Shown here piece after piece: positions 46,720-56,251 of a stretch of DNA of 64,000 nucleotides. The translations under genes and the position numbers were made by a program. The DNA is taken from NCBI GenBank assembly GCA_964637025.1, contig CAZWTL010000004.1:34508-98507 (forward strand), in the 5' to 3' direction. The notes under the pieces are model-generated. The model searched no databases and was not told the DNA's origin. It saw only the letters and a list, made by a program, of their open reading frames with translations. The first letter of the stretch is position 1. Every line of letters starts with the position of its first letter. The stretch is from an uncultured Syntrophaceae bacterium (GTDB taxonomy: Bacteria > Desulfobacterota > Syntrophia > Syntrophales > UBA5619).

Positions 46720-47507
46720 CGTCTAGCCCTGTGAAAGAATATGGGGAAACAGCAAAACGGGTTCTGAATCCGTCCATGTACGCGTCGAATGCGGAATGGA
46801 AAGCAGCGGGGCTGAAGCCGGAGGGGCCGGCATGGGAAGGCATCCCGTTGCACCGGTCCCTACGTTTTTCTCGGCCTGATTCGGACGGAACCGGGTCGGG
46901 ACAAGCGGTACCGAAAGTCCGACCCAAGCCGGTCCCGCGACGCCCAGCCAACCCGAACGGGAAGCGCGGGGCCTTTTCAAGACAGGCGGAAAAGAGGCGA
47001 CCGTCAGGATCATACCGATCGATAGAAGAAAGTCTCCCATGTTTTCCGCCTTCATGCCAATCCCCAGATTCCTGTGTCTTTGGCAGGACGAGAATGTTAC
47101 CGGTGTATCACTGTATGAAATAGTGTTTTATAAGATATCGTTATCGAATTCAGGGCGCGATGTCAAGAAGAAATATCGGGAGGTGATCCTGTCGGTCCGG
47201 GCGGAGCGCCCTCCGAATCTGCTCCGCTCCAATATCTCCGGGGCTCTCCCTGCAGCCGGTCATGAACCGGGCGAGGCTCTGTCTGCCCCGGCTTACTTCC
47301 CCAAACCAAAGCCTTGCCATGCGGCAGGCCCGGCTCCGTCCGTCATCGAGGCGATCCCGTCCCACCAGGGGAAAGAATCGGCAGTCCGTCAAATCGACGG
47401 AATCGTCCCGAACCGCTCTCGCCTGAACCGTCCCTGAAGGTCGGCCCCGAGCCGGACCAGCGCCTCATGCCCTTCCGAACGCGGCGGATGTCCGGCGGTG
47501 CGCCGGG

Positions 47508-48143
47508 TCATCCCGTCCTAAGGCGTTCGCAGGAGCGGGCCTCCTCGTCGTACAACGCGCAATCGCCGTCGGAGACCGCTCCGACAACGACGATGTGGCG
47601 CGCCGCACCCTCCAGGACCTCGGGCCGTCCCGGCTCGACCGGCATGCGCGTCACGCGCCCCCCCGCATACCTGAACCGCACCGGGCGGTGCGAATGGCCG
47701 CAGAACAGGATGCTGCAATCCGTTTGGTCGAAGACCCTTTTTGCCCGGTCGGTTCCGCCCGTGTCGATCGGCTCGTAGAAGGCGCGGAACGTATCGAAGG
47801 GAAGCGAGTGGGCGAATCGGATGGCTTCCCGGACCCGGACGAGAGGCAAGTCGCGCAGATAGGCCAGCATTCCTATGCCGTCGGCGTCAAGGGGTCTGCG
47901 GCTGCCGGCCAGCCTGTTTTCGACCGCGAAATCGTTGTTCCCCTTGACGGCGGGGATCCCCTGTTCCCGAAGCAGAGAGATCATCGCCGCGGAGCGCTCA
48001 TGACGGACGGAATCGCAGAAATCGCCGAGATGGATCAGGAGGGACGCACCCCTGCGCTTCAGCAGGCCGATCGCCTGCCGCGTGGCCTCCAGGTCGCCGT
48101 GGCTGTCGGCGATGAGGCCGATCCGCTCACCGCGCTTCTTCAT
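47508..48143 (-). CDS. Calcineurin-like metallophosphoesterase
   Basis: ADSHG, LGDFC, KGNND, CGHSH. Confidence 0.88.
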   Translation of the reverse strand: MKKRGERIGLIADSHGDLEATRQAIGLLKRRGASLLIHLGDFCDSVRHERSAAMISLLREQGIPAVKGNNDFAVENRLAGSRRPLDADGIGMLAYLRDLPLVRVREAIRFAHSLPFDTFRAFYEPIDTGGTDRAKRVFDQTDCSILFCGHSHRPVRFRYAGGRVTRMPVEPGRPEVLEGAARHIVVVGAVSDGDCALYDEEARSCERLRTG

Positions 48144-48177
48144 TGGGGATCCGTCTTCCGGGGCTCGGCGCTCCCGG

Positions 48178-48642
48178 TCATCCCTTCAACGCGGCCAGGA
48201 TCTCGGCGATGTCGGGAAGCTCCCGGATCGGATATATCTTGACAAAGATGACCTTGCCCTTTTCGTCGACGATGACGTTGGCCCTCTCGGAAAATCCCTC
48301 GTCCCGCAGGAGGCCCAGGGTCTTGGCGACCCCCCCGTGGGGCCAGAAATCGGAAAGGAGCCTCGTGTGCCTGATCCTCAGGCTTTTGGCCCAGGCCGAC
48401 TTGGAGGGGACGGCGTCGACGCTCAGGCCAACGGCTACCGTGTTGAGTTTTTCCAGCGCCTTGCGGTTCCTTTCCAGGGACTGCATCTGCTGGGCGCAGA
48501 CCGCCGTCCAGGCGAGGGGATGGAAGGAGAGGAGAACCCGTTTCCCCAGAAAACCCGCAAGGGCGAAATCCTGGCGGTTCTGATCCTTCAGCTTGAAGTC
48601 TTTGAGTTTCTTCCCGACCGCGACAACGCTCTTTGCTGCCAT
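48178..48642 (-). CDS. Peroxiredoxin (AhpC/TSA, 1-Cys type)
   Basis: FHPLAWTAVC (PxxxTxxC), LLSDF, ERA; single Cys. Confidence 0.88.
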   Translation of the reverse strand: MAAKSVVAVGKKLKDFKLKDQNRQDFALAGFLGKRVLLSFHPLAWTAVCAQQMQSLERNRKALEKLNTVAVGLSVDAVPSKSAWAKSLRIRHTRLLSDFWPHGGVAKTLGLLRDEGFSERANVIVDEKGKVIFVKIYPIRELPDIAEILAALKG

Positions 48643-49008
48643 GACGCACCTCCTTCAGCCATTCACCCGTTCATTTCCCGGACTCGGGATTCCGTACCCC
48701 ATGGAGCGATCTCCCCAGGACGCGGCGGGGTCCGTTCCGCTGTCACCCGCAGCGTCCCCAAAGCCCCGCACGTAAGCGGCCAACGGTTCCGGCCACGGCG
48801 CCGGAAGGCCTCGGGGCCATCGCGCAGCGCGGCTGCCCCCTGTCGCGAGAATCCGCCGGCCCCGTCCAGCCGCAGGGTCCGCGGGACATTCATAGAATGA
48901 AGCGGTTTCCCCTGTCAATGAAATATCTTGCCCTCACCGTCGAACGGGACGCCTCCCGGCTTTCGCGGGACCGCGCCCCCGCAGCCCGCACCCACGGCCA
49001 AATATCCC

Positions 49009-49037
49009 TTGACAAGCTCCGCCGCCCCCCCTATAGT
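49009..49037 (+). promoter_or_regulatory. Consensus sigma70 promoter for the B12 radical SAM gene
   Basis: TTGACA-17 nt-TATAGT. Confidence 0.8.
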
Positions 49038-49215
49038 CCCGACCATCGGAAGCCATGTATTCTCATGACTATTTTCGACCGTTTCGTCCCTTTGGAACTC
49101 CCCCGGCGGGCAGGGTTGCCGCAGGAAGCTTTCCTGGATCAGGACACCGGATGAGACAGGCGCGGCGAGGCCATGGCCTTGTTTGCGCCGAGAACGCCAT
49201 TGGATTGCGGATGAG

Positions 49216-50715
49216 ATGAAAATCGTATTTGCGGCCATGGGAGAGGACAATCTCTCGATTGAAAGCCTTTCGGCGTCGCTGAAACAGGCGGGGCATGAAA
49301 CCGCGCTCGCGTTCGATCCGGCGCTGTTCAACGAGAGCATGTACTTCCATCTCCCCTGGCTGGAACGGCTGTTTTCCCAGCGCGCCAAGGTCGTGCGGAA
49401 AATCGTGCGTCTTCAACCGGATCTCGTGGCCATCTCCGTGTTCGCCAACAACTATCGGTGGGCGTGCGAGATTGCCGAAGGGGTCAAACGGCACCTGCCC
49501 GTGCCCGTCATCTTCGGCGGGGTGTTCGCGACGAGCTGTCCCGACACGGTGATCGGCAACCCCAACGTGGATATCGTCTGCGTCGGCGAGGGCGAACAGG
49601 CCATCGTCGAACTCGCGGAGAGCATGGCGAAAGGGGAGATCGACTGCACGATCCGGAACCTCTGGTTCAAGAAGGACGGCGAAATCGTCAGGAATCCCGT
49701 CCGGCCCCTGCAGGATCTCGACGCGCTGCCGGTCTTCGACAAATCCCTTTTCGAAAACGACATCATCGTCGGAAACCGCTACTACACGCTCATGTCCAAG
49801 GGATGCATCTGCGTGTGCAGCTACTGCTCCCAGAGTTTCCTCGCGGAGTTCAACAACGGCAAGGACCATCGGCGCAGGAGCGTCGACGGCATCATGGAGG
49901 AACTGCGGCGGGCCAAGGAGCGTTATCGCATCCGTCTCATCGATTTCGAGGACAACATCCTCTATTCGAACAAGCCCTGGTTCCGCGAATTCGCCGCGCG
50001 GTACAAGGCCGAGATCGGCATCCCCTATACCTGCATGGGGCATCCCCTGATCACGGACGAGGAAATCGCCTCGCTTCTCGCCTCGAGCGGGTGTTATCGG
50101 GTGCAGCTCGGCATCCAGTCCATGGACGAGAAGAACCGGAAAGCGCTGCTCCATCGCCCGGAAACGAACGAAGAGGTGCGCCGCTGTTTCCGAGCGCTCG
50201 ACAAATACAGGGTGCGGTACTCGATCGACCACATCTTCGGCCTTCCCAACGAACGCGACGAGCAGCACCTGTACGATGCCGCCTGGGAATACTCCCAGTT
50301 GCAGGGGCTTCACAAATCGAACTTCTTTTTTCTGACCTGCTATCCGAAAACGCCGATGGTCGGGTATGCGATTCAGCACGGCATGATCAGACCGGAGGAC
50401 GAGCAGAAGATCAACGCCGGCGAGCAGGACGACTTCTGCTACGATTACGGCATCACCACCGATCCCGGGCTGCGACGGCTGTTCCGCGCGTATGTCCTCT
50501 TCTACCGCCTGATTCCCGTCCTGCCCCGGAGGCTCAAGGAATTCATGCTGCGGCACGGGATCGTCCGGCTTCTGTGGATTTTTCCGAAAACCCCGGCCCT
50601 GGTCTTAATCGACCTGTTCCTGGCATTCAGGAACCGGGACCCGGTGTCCCGGCATTTCCTGGCCCATTACTTCATGTGGTTATGGCGCATCCTTTTCCGG
50701 GGCGGCGTGAAGTGA
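49216..50715 (+). CDS. B12-binding-domain radical SAM protein
   Basis: N-terminal cobalamin-binding fold (PDLVAIS..VIFGGVFAT..VCVGEGE), SKGCICVCSYC CxxxCxxC, FEDNIL, VQLGIQS. Confidence 0.92.
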   Translation: MKIVFAAMGEDNLSIESLSASLKQAGHETALAFDPALFNESMYFHLPWLERLFSQRAKVVRKIVRLQPDLVAISVFANNYRWACEIAEGVKRHLPVPVIFGGVFATSCPDTVIGNPNVDIVCVGEGEQAIVELAESMAKGEIDCTIRNLWFKKDGEIVRNPVRPLQDLDALPVFDKSLFENDIIVGNRYYTLMSKGCICVCSYCSQSFLAEFNNGKDHRRRSVDGIMEELRRAKERYRIRLIDFEDNILYSNKPWFREFAARYKAEIGIPYTCMGHPLITDEEIASLLASSGCYRVQLGIQSMDEKNRKALLHRPETNEEVRRCFRALDKYRVRYSIDHIFGLPNERDEQHLYDAAWEYSQLQGLHKSNFFFLTCYPKTPMVGYAIQHGMIRPEDEQKINAGEQDDFCYDYGITTDPGLRRLFRAYVLFYRLIPVLPRRLKEFMLRHGIVRLLWIFPKTPALVLIDLFLAFRNRDPVSRHFLAHYFMWLWRILFRGGVK

Positions 50716-51801
50716 GCCGCGGCCGGCTTCCCTTCGCCTCGGCGGTTCGGGAAGCCCGAAGATCCTGAATCCATCGGCCGGTTTCGGGACCCCGAATCCC
50801 TGCGACACGTATCTCCGGATGAAATCCCGGTCCTCCCCCGCAAGACATTTGGGAATATACTCGGCGAACTCCCGGACGGACAGCGCGTTTTGACGGATGT
50901 CCTTCAGGGAGTGGTCCCGGATGTTGCCGATGGAAATGTGCATGTAGACGCAGGGGAAGATGTCGCCGTAGACGTTCATGTAAAGCGATTCCTTCCCGGC
51001 CGGACACCCGGTTCGGCCGATGTGCGGGTAGAGGTCGCGGCGGATGCGCGGATTCTTCCGGTGCAGGTTGTTGATGTACGCGAAGTTCTCGTCCGTCAGG
51101 ATCAGATCCATCCTGCCGTCCCAGTTGCCGACGGGTTGCGGGATATTGATTTCCACGTTGATTTGGCGGGCGGCGGCGTATTCCAGCAGCTTCTGCACGC
51201 TGTCGGTGTGGAGGGTGTCGTTGAGCACCGTCACCGCGATGGAGATGTCGAGGCCGATCTTTCTTGCCGCATGGAGCGTCTGAATCGCCCTTTCCCGGCA
51301 GCCCACGACTCCCCGGAACGCATCGTGTTCCGCGTCGAAGTGGCTGTCGATGCTGACGGCGATCTTGTCGACGCCCAGCGCGTAAACGCGCCGCAGCATC
51401 TCCTCCGTGACCATGGCGCCGTTGGAAACAAGGGTGATGTAGCTTTTGCGGGGGCTGCAGGCCGCGATGAGCCCGTCGAGGTCGGGATGGAGAAAAGGCT
51501 CCCCGCCCTGAAGGGCAAAATGGAAAACGCCGTTTTCGACCATCTCCCGCAGCGCCCCCTTCATCTCCGCCGTGGTCAGTTTTTCACGGTGGAACGGATC
51601 CTTTTCGAAGGATTTGGCAAAGCAGTGGCGGCAGTCGCAGTTGCACTCGGTGTTGATCATCACCACCATCGAACGCAGGGTTGTCTTGCGCCGGCGGAGG
51701 ACATTGAGCAGGAAGTGTCTGGCGACGCGCAGGAGGAAGAGGGGCTTTCTCCCGATCAGACGGGCGTTCACCTGGTTTTTGAACTGGCCGAGCAGGTTCA
51801 T
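50680..51801 (-). CDS. Radical SAM protein with SPASM/twitch-like C-terminus
   Basis: NTECNCDCRHC, GGEPFLHPD, GCPAGKESLYMNVYGDIFPC; start MNLLGQF overlaps the methyltransferase stop (ATGA). Confidence 0.9.
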   Translation of the reverse strand: MNLLGQFKNQVNARLIGRKPLFLLRVARHFLLNVLRRRKTTLRSMVVMINTECNCDCRHCFAKSFEKDPFHREKLTTAEMKGALREMVENGVFHFALQGGEPFLHPDLDGLIAACSPRKSYITLVSNGAMVTEEMLRRVYALGVDKIAVSIDSHFDAEHDAFRGVVGCRERAIQTLHAARKIGLDISIAVTVLNDTLHTDSVQKLLEYAAARQINVEINIPQPVGNWDGRMDLILTDENFAYINNLHRKNPRIRRDLYPHIGRTGCPAGKESLYMNVYGDIFPCVYMHISIGNIRDHSLKDIRQNALSVREFAEYIPKCLAGEDRDFIRRYVSQGFGVPKPADGFRIFGLPEPPRRREAGRGSLHAAPEKDAP

Positions 51802-52784
51802 GGGATCCTCTCCTGCATGAGGGAGCCGGCCGGCCCCCGGATCTCGTCCGTTTTCCTGAAGATGGCCGTGACGATGTTCGAATCGCCCGTTGCGTTCTGA
51901 ATCAGTTCGAACAGGATGCCCGCCGCGATCATGGCGGGATTCTTCGCGGAAAAGAAGGACCGCACCGGAACGGACGCCGTCCTGCCGCGGACGGCATACT
52001 CGAGGCTCAGGACATTGACCGTGGGACGGAACTGTTTGCGCATGGACACGATCCCGAAACCGCAGTCTCCCATGAGATCCGTCAGGGATTTCTTGGTGAA
52101 ATGGGACAGATGGCGGGGCAGATGGTACAGAAACCAGTATTTGCCGAACCGTCTTCGGGACGGGGAATCGAAATCCGGTATTTCCAGAACCGTCAGCCCG
52201 CCGGGCTTGAGGAGGCGGTTGATCCGCTTCAGTGAACAGACGGAATCCCAGAGATGCTCCAGGACATTGAACAGGCACACTGCGTCATACCGTCCGGCGG
52301 GAAGATCGGCCTCCTCGAGCGTGGAAGGCACGACGGGGTATCCCTCCCGTTTCAGGGCGTCGCACAGGCGCCGGTTCGGCTCGATACCCTCCACGTCCCA
52401 TCCGAATTTCCGGCGGCAGGTCTTGAGGAACTCGCCCGTGGCGCAGCCGACCTCGAGGAGTTTGACGGGGCCCTGACCCGCGACATATTCCCCGATCATG
52501 GCTGCCCGCTGCAGGGCCTGCCCGTCCATGCGCCTGCGGTCCATGAATCCGGCGACGCCCTTCTGGCCGCCGTAGCAGATGTAATCGTCGGGATAGAATC
52601 TCGAGAAGAGCGTGCCGCGTTCAGGCCGCACGGACGTGTAGATGTGCCCGCAGCCGCGGCAAGACGAAACCTCAAAGGTCGCGTCCAGATTCAGCTCGTA
52701 ATCGGGCGTCCGAACGACGCGATCGGCGTCCCAGCCGCCGCAGCGCGCGCAGTTCACGCGGACCAGTGGAATCTTGTCTCGCAT
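51798..52784 (-). CDS. Class I SAM-dependent methyltransferase with N-terminal CxxC/CxxC zinc motif
   Basis: CARCG..CRGCGHIY, LLEVGCATGEFL, FNVLEHL, YHLPRHLSHF. Confidence 0.92.
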   Translation of the reverse strand: MRDKIPLVRVNCARCGGWDADRVVRTPDYELNLDATFEVSSCRGCGHIYTSVRPERGTLFSRFYPDDYICYGGQKGVAGFMDRRRMDGQALQRAAMIGEYVAGQGPVKLLEVGCATGEFLKTCRRKFGWDVEGIEPNRRLCDALKREGYPVVPSTLEEADLPAGRYDAVCLFNVLEHLWDSVCSLKRINRLLKPGGLTVLEIPDFDSPSRRRFGKYWFLYHLPRHLSHFTKKSLTDLMGDCGFGIVSMRKQFRPTVNVLSLEYAVRGRTASVPVRSFFSAKNPAMIAAGILFELIQNATGDSNIVTAIFRKTDEIRGPAGSLMQERIP

Positions 52785-52794
52785 CGCCGAACCT

Positions 52795-53850
52795 CTATTT
52801 CCCGAGGAAACGAAATTTCAACCGTTCGAACAGCGCCCCGGGGTCCAGGCGGATCGTCATGGAATTTTCGACGGTATTGATGCTCGCGCAGGATACGCAA
52901 TTGGGCCGGTCCCTCACCAGCATCTCCCATGCCCTCCGGAGGCCGACTTCACGGACGTTCGGGCCGCGGAAGCAGCCGAGCTGCACGCAATAGTAAAGGG
53001 TCCCCGAAGGCTCGAGGCCGCAGAAGATGTCGCCGCTGACGCAACGTGCGGGTTTCCGGTACCCCCGCGGCAGCGGCGTGTCGTCCTTCATGATCTCATG
53101 ATATCCGACCGGCCAGGTGCGCACGGCATCGATGGCCCTGAAGGTGTTCCCGATGGGATAGCCTCGCCTCTTCAATATCCTGTATCGTGTCCAGAATTCC
53201 CTGTATTCCGCGTCGCTGATCCTCAGGGATTCACAATCGGTCGCGCCGATGTGGGTCGGCGGGGAGACGGTGAGGGGCACGGCGAGTTCCTTGGCCAGGA
53301 TCGCCATCTCCTCGAAATTCGCGAGGTTGCTGCGGGATATGACGGAGTGGATGCGGCAGCGCACGCCGTTCTCCCTGGCTTTTTTCAATCCCGCCATGGC
53401 GCGCGCATAGACGCCTTCGCCCCGGAGACCGTCGTTCGTCTCTCCGACGCCGTCCAGACTGACGCAAACGGCATGGGCCTTCCGGACCGCCTCCCATTTC
53501 TCGCCGAGAAGCGTTCCGTTGGTGACCACGTGGAGCACGATGCCCTTGCGTACGATGTATTCGACGATGTCGCCGATATCCCGGTGCAGCAGGGGCTCGC
53601 CCCCGAGCAGAAACATCATCCGCGTCCCCATGGCATAGAACTCGTCCACGTAGCGGAAGGCCTCGTCGCGCGTGAATTCGGCGGACAGGATCTTTTTGTC
53701 GATCTTTTCATCGACGACAAAACAGTACCTGCAGCGCAGATTGCAGCGGTTGGTGAGATAGAAGCAGACGAAGACGGGCTCTTTCCTGCCTGTGATTTTG
53801 AGCCTCAAAAGATGGTAGGTCAGAGCCGCCTCCATCTTCAAATGATTCAT
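52795..53850 (-). CDS. Radical SAM protein with SPASM/twitch-like C-terminus
   Basis: TNRCNLRCRYC, GGEPLLH, CVSGDIFCGLEPSGTLYYC..CVSC. Confidence 0.9.
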   Translation of the reverse strand: MNHLKMEAALTYHLLRLKITGRKEPVFVCFYLTNRCNLRCRYCFVVDEKIDKKILSAEFTRDEAFRYVDEFYAMGTRMMFLLGGEPLLHRDIGDIVEYIVRKGIVLHVVTNGTLLGEKWEAVRKAHAVCVSLDGVGETNDGLRGEGVYARAMAGLKKARENGVRCRIHSVISRSNLANFEEMAILAKELAVPLTVSPPTHIGATDCESLRISDAEYREFWTRYRILKRRGYPIGNTFRAIDAVRTWPVGYHEIMKDDTPLPRGYRKPARCVSGDIFCGLEPSGTLYYCVQLGCFRGPNVREVGLRRAWEMLVRDRPNCVSCASINTVENSMTIRLDPGALFERLKFRFLGK

Positions 53851-53945
53851 CCAGGACTCCTCGTTTTGAAATCACAGGCCGGCCGGCAAGGGCCTTCACC
53901 GTATGGAAAGATGGAATGGGCAAAGCATTGCGGTTGCACGGCGCG

Positions 53946-53974
53946 AGTATATGGGGAAGGGCAGGATGTGTCAA
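53946..53974 (-). promoter_or_regulatory. Consensus sigma70 promoter for the rSAM-MTase-rSAM operon
   Basis: TTGACA-17 nt-TATACT on minus strand. Confidence 0.8.
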
Positions 53975-54162
53975 GGAGATTCGGCTATTAAATCCACCTG
54001 CGGGTCAACCCTACCGAACCCAACGAGATTCCCTGAGCTGCAATTTGAAAGAATTCAGATCCGGTGGCGGTCTGAGAGGATCGTCCGCTACCGTGAACGG
54101 ATGCCCACCAAGGCCCATCGCGTGAAGCATGGCGCGTCATGCTGCCTTGGCCTATGGAACCG

Positions 54163-54705
54163 CTAGACTCCGGGCGGAATCTTGGATCTCATCATTTTCT
54201 TTCTATCGATCTTTCGCCCGTCCACTATAAAGGTGCCGTCACCGACCGCATGAAGGGTTCTCTTCTCTTTTCTGGCGTCATCACGGTAGGCGGCGATAGC
54301 TTCCAGCACAACGATGTTGTGCTTTCCCAAGAAGTCGACGACCCTGCATTCGATATTCGCCAGGCATTCCCTGATCAGGGGCGCACGAACGTGTTTGCCC
54401 TTCAGAGGGGTCAGTCCGAACATCTCGAATTTGTCCACGTCCGCCCCGGAACATGTTCCCACGCCAACGACCTGATCGATCAAGTCCACCGAAGGAATCG
54501 CGATCACGCACTCCTTGTATTTGCGAAGCGCGGCATATGAATGGTTCCAAGGTCCGGTGGTTATTGCCAGCATCGGGGTAAAGTCAATGACCATGGTCCA
54601 GGAGATGGTCATGACATTGTTCTTCTCTCCGTCACGGGTGGTCACGAAGACCACTGGACCCGGTTCCAAGAGGGTGAACGCCTTGCCGAGCTGCAATTTT
54701 CTCAT
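54163..54705 (-). CDS. Flavin reductase-like (DIM6/NTAB family) protein
   Basis: LLEPGPVVFVTT..NVMTISW, GTCSG..DKF, APLIRECLANIEC; start 54705 or 54717. Confidence 0.88.
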   Translation of the reverse strand: MRKLQLGKAFTLLEPGPVVFVTTRDGEKNNVMTISWTMVIDFTPMLAITTGPWNHSYAALRKYKECVIAIPSVDLIDQVVGVGTCSGADVDKFEMFGLTPLKGKHVRAPLIRECLANIECRVVDFLGKHNIVVLEAIAAYRDDARKEKRTLHAVGDGTFIVDGRKIDRKKMMRSKIPPGV

Positions 54706-54914
54706 CTCTGCCCCCATCCGTTCCAGTTGACCAACCATTCATGCCGGAACTTCGCTTTCCCCGTCGGTTTCGAACTTCGTTGAGCTTTTGGCTTTTTCCC
54801 CGTCAGCGGGATATCGCATCCGTTCCAGGGAGAAGGGTGTCCGGATAAGGGGAACCGGAAGGAGCCTCTTCCCCGCGGGAAGGGCGGGGATCAACCCGTT
54901 TGTGCAATGATGCA

Positions 54915-55283
54915 TCAATATGCCTTTGACACGGTATGGGACATCAACAATATCCGTTCGAGATCTGACACCTTCCTGGCAAGAGCAGCGTCAATCCGCT
55001 GCTGTTCCTGCAACGCCTCGATGGTATTTTGCTGTTCCTGAATGAGCTGCCTCTGTTCCCTCAATTCCGCTTGATGTTTCACTTCTTGTTCTTTGATGGC
55101 TTCCACAAGAACTCCGATCAGGCTGTCGTAATTCAGGCCCGTTAACGTTTTGCCGTCGCGGGACACGACTTCCGGCACGACATCTTCCACTTCCTCCGCG
55201 ATCAAACCCACGGAGGCCCTTTTGCTGTCCTTCCAGTCGAAACGAACGCCGCGGAGCTTCTTCACCGTCTCCAGCGCGTTTGG
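54915..55283 (-). pseudogene. 5'-truncated peptidase S74 (tail-fibre intramolecular chaperone) domain + coiled coil
   Basis: PNALETVKKLRGVRFDWK..GLIAEEVE..PEVV..LNYDSLIGVLVEAIKEQ; the N-terminal SDxRLKxNI motif and any passenger domain are absent. Confidence 0.75.
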
Positions 55284-55297
55284 GTATCCGCACAGGA

Positions 55298-56251
55298 TTA
55301 GTACCGATCGCCTGCCACACCCTGATGGATCAGGGAATCAAGGCGGCCCAGGTGTTCCGTTCGCAACGTTATATCTTGCGACGCCCAGTTTTCCTCCAGG
55401 CGTTCCGTTCTCCGTGTCCCCGGTATCGCGGCAAGGGGGAAAGCGCGCGACAGAAGCCATGCCAATGCGACTTGAGCGGCTGTGGCTCCACTCTCTTTTG
55501 CGACTTCAGCCACATCATTGGCCAGCCGGCTGTTCCTGGCGATGGCCTCCTCGGTGAATCGCGGATTCTCCAACCTCCAGTCTCCGGGTTCCAGATCGCC
55601 GCGTGACCGGATTGCCCCGGATAAAAATCCTCGGCCAAGGGGAGCGTAGGCCACAAATCCGATGTTGAGTTTTTGAATTGTTGGCAGGATGTCGGACTCA
55701 ACATCCCGCGACCACAAGGAATATTCGGTCTGAAGCGCACTGACGGGATGGGTCTCGTGGGCTCGGACGATGGTTTCCGGATCTGCCTCAGACAGGCCGA
55801 TATAGCGCACTTTTCCCGCCTTCACGAGCTCAGCCATAGCGCCGACCGTTTCCTCGATCGGCGTTTCGGGGTCCACACGATGCTGATAGTAGAGATCGAT
55901 GTAATCCGTCCTGAGGCGCTTCAGTGAGGCATCGCAGCAAGCCTTGACATAATCTGCCCTTCCTTTGACACCCTGCCAGCTGCCGTCTTCACCGCGGGAA
56001 ACGCCAAATTTGGTTGCCAAGGTGATTTGGTCGCGGCGCCCCTTGAGTGCCTTTGACAACAAGATTTCATTCGTAAACGGGCCGTAAATGTCCGACGTGT
56101 CCCAGAACGTGCACCCAATGTCTGCGGCCCGATCGAGAACGCAAAGATTTTGGGCTTCCGAAGAGGGGCCGTAAAATTCCGACATTCCCATGCAGCCCAA
56201 ACCGATTGCAGGCACACGAAGTCCTTGTGATCCAAGATGGATCTTTTTCAT
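55298..56251 (-). CDS. Aldo/keto reductase (AKR13-like)
   Basis: IGLGCMGMSEFYG, DTSDIYG, LATKFG, DLYYQHRVD, IGLSE, QTEYSLWSR; start at MKKIHLG. Confidence 0.95.
   Translation of the reverse strand: MKKIHLGSQGLRVPAIGLGCMGMSEFYGPSSEAQNLCVLDRAADIGCTFWDTSDIYGPFTNEILLSKALKGRRDQITLATKFGVSRGEDGSWQGVKGRADYVKACCDASLKRLRTDYIDLYYQHRVDPETPIEETVGAMAELVKAGKVRYIGLSEADPETIVRAHETHPVSALQTEYSLWSRDVESDILPTIQKLNIGFVAYAPLGRGFLSGAIRSRGDLEPGDWRLENPRFTEEAIARNSRLANDVAEVAKESGATAAQVALAWLLSRAFPLAAIPGTRRTERLEENWASQDITLRTEHLGRLDSLIHQGVAGDRY

Noticed and set aside
48643-49215. Cobalamin riboswitch upstream of the B12 rSAM; also Moco/Tuco upstream of AOR and c-di-GMP riboswitches near the HD-GYP genes
   Set aside because: No conserved core motifs recognised by eye; an Infernal/Rfam scan would be needed to exclude them formally.
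53896-53928. 10-aa uORF MLCPFHLSIR in the leader of the rSAM operon as a RiPP precursor
   Set aside because: No RBS, too short, and expected by chance.
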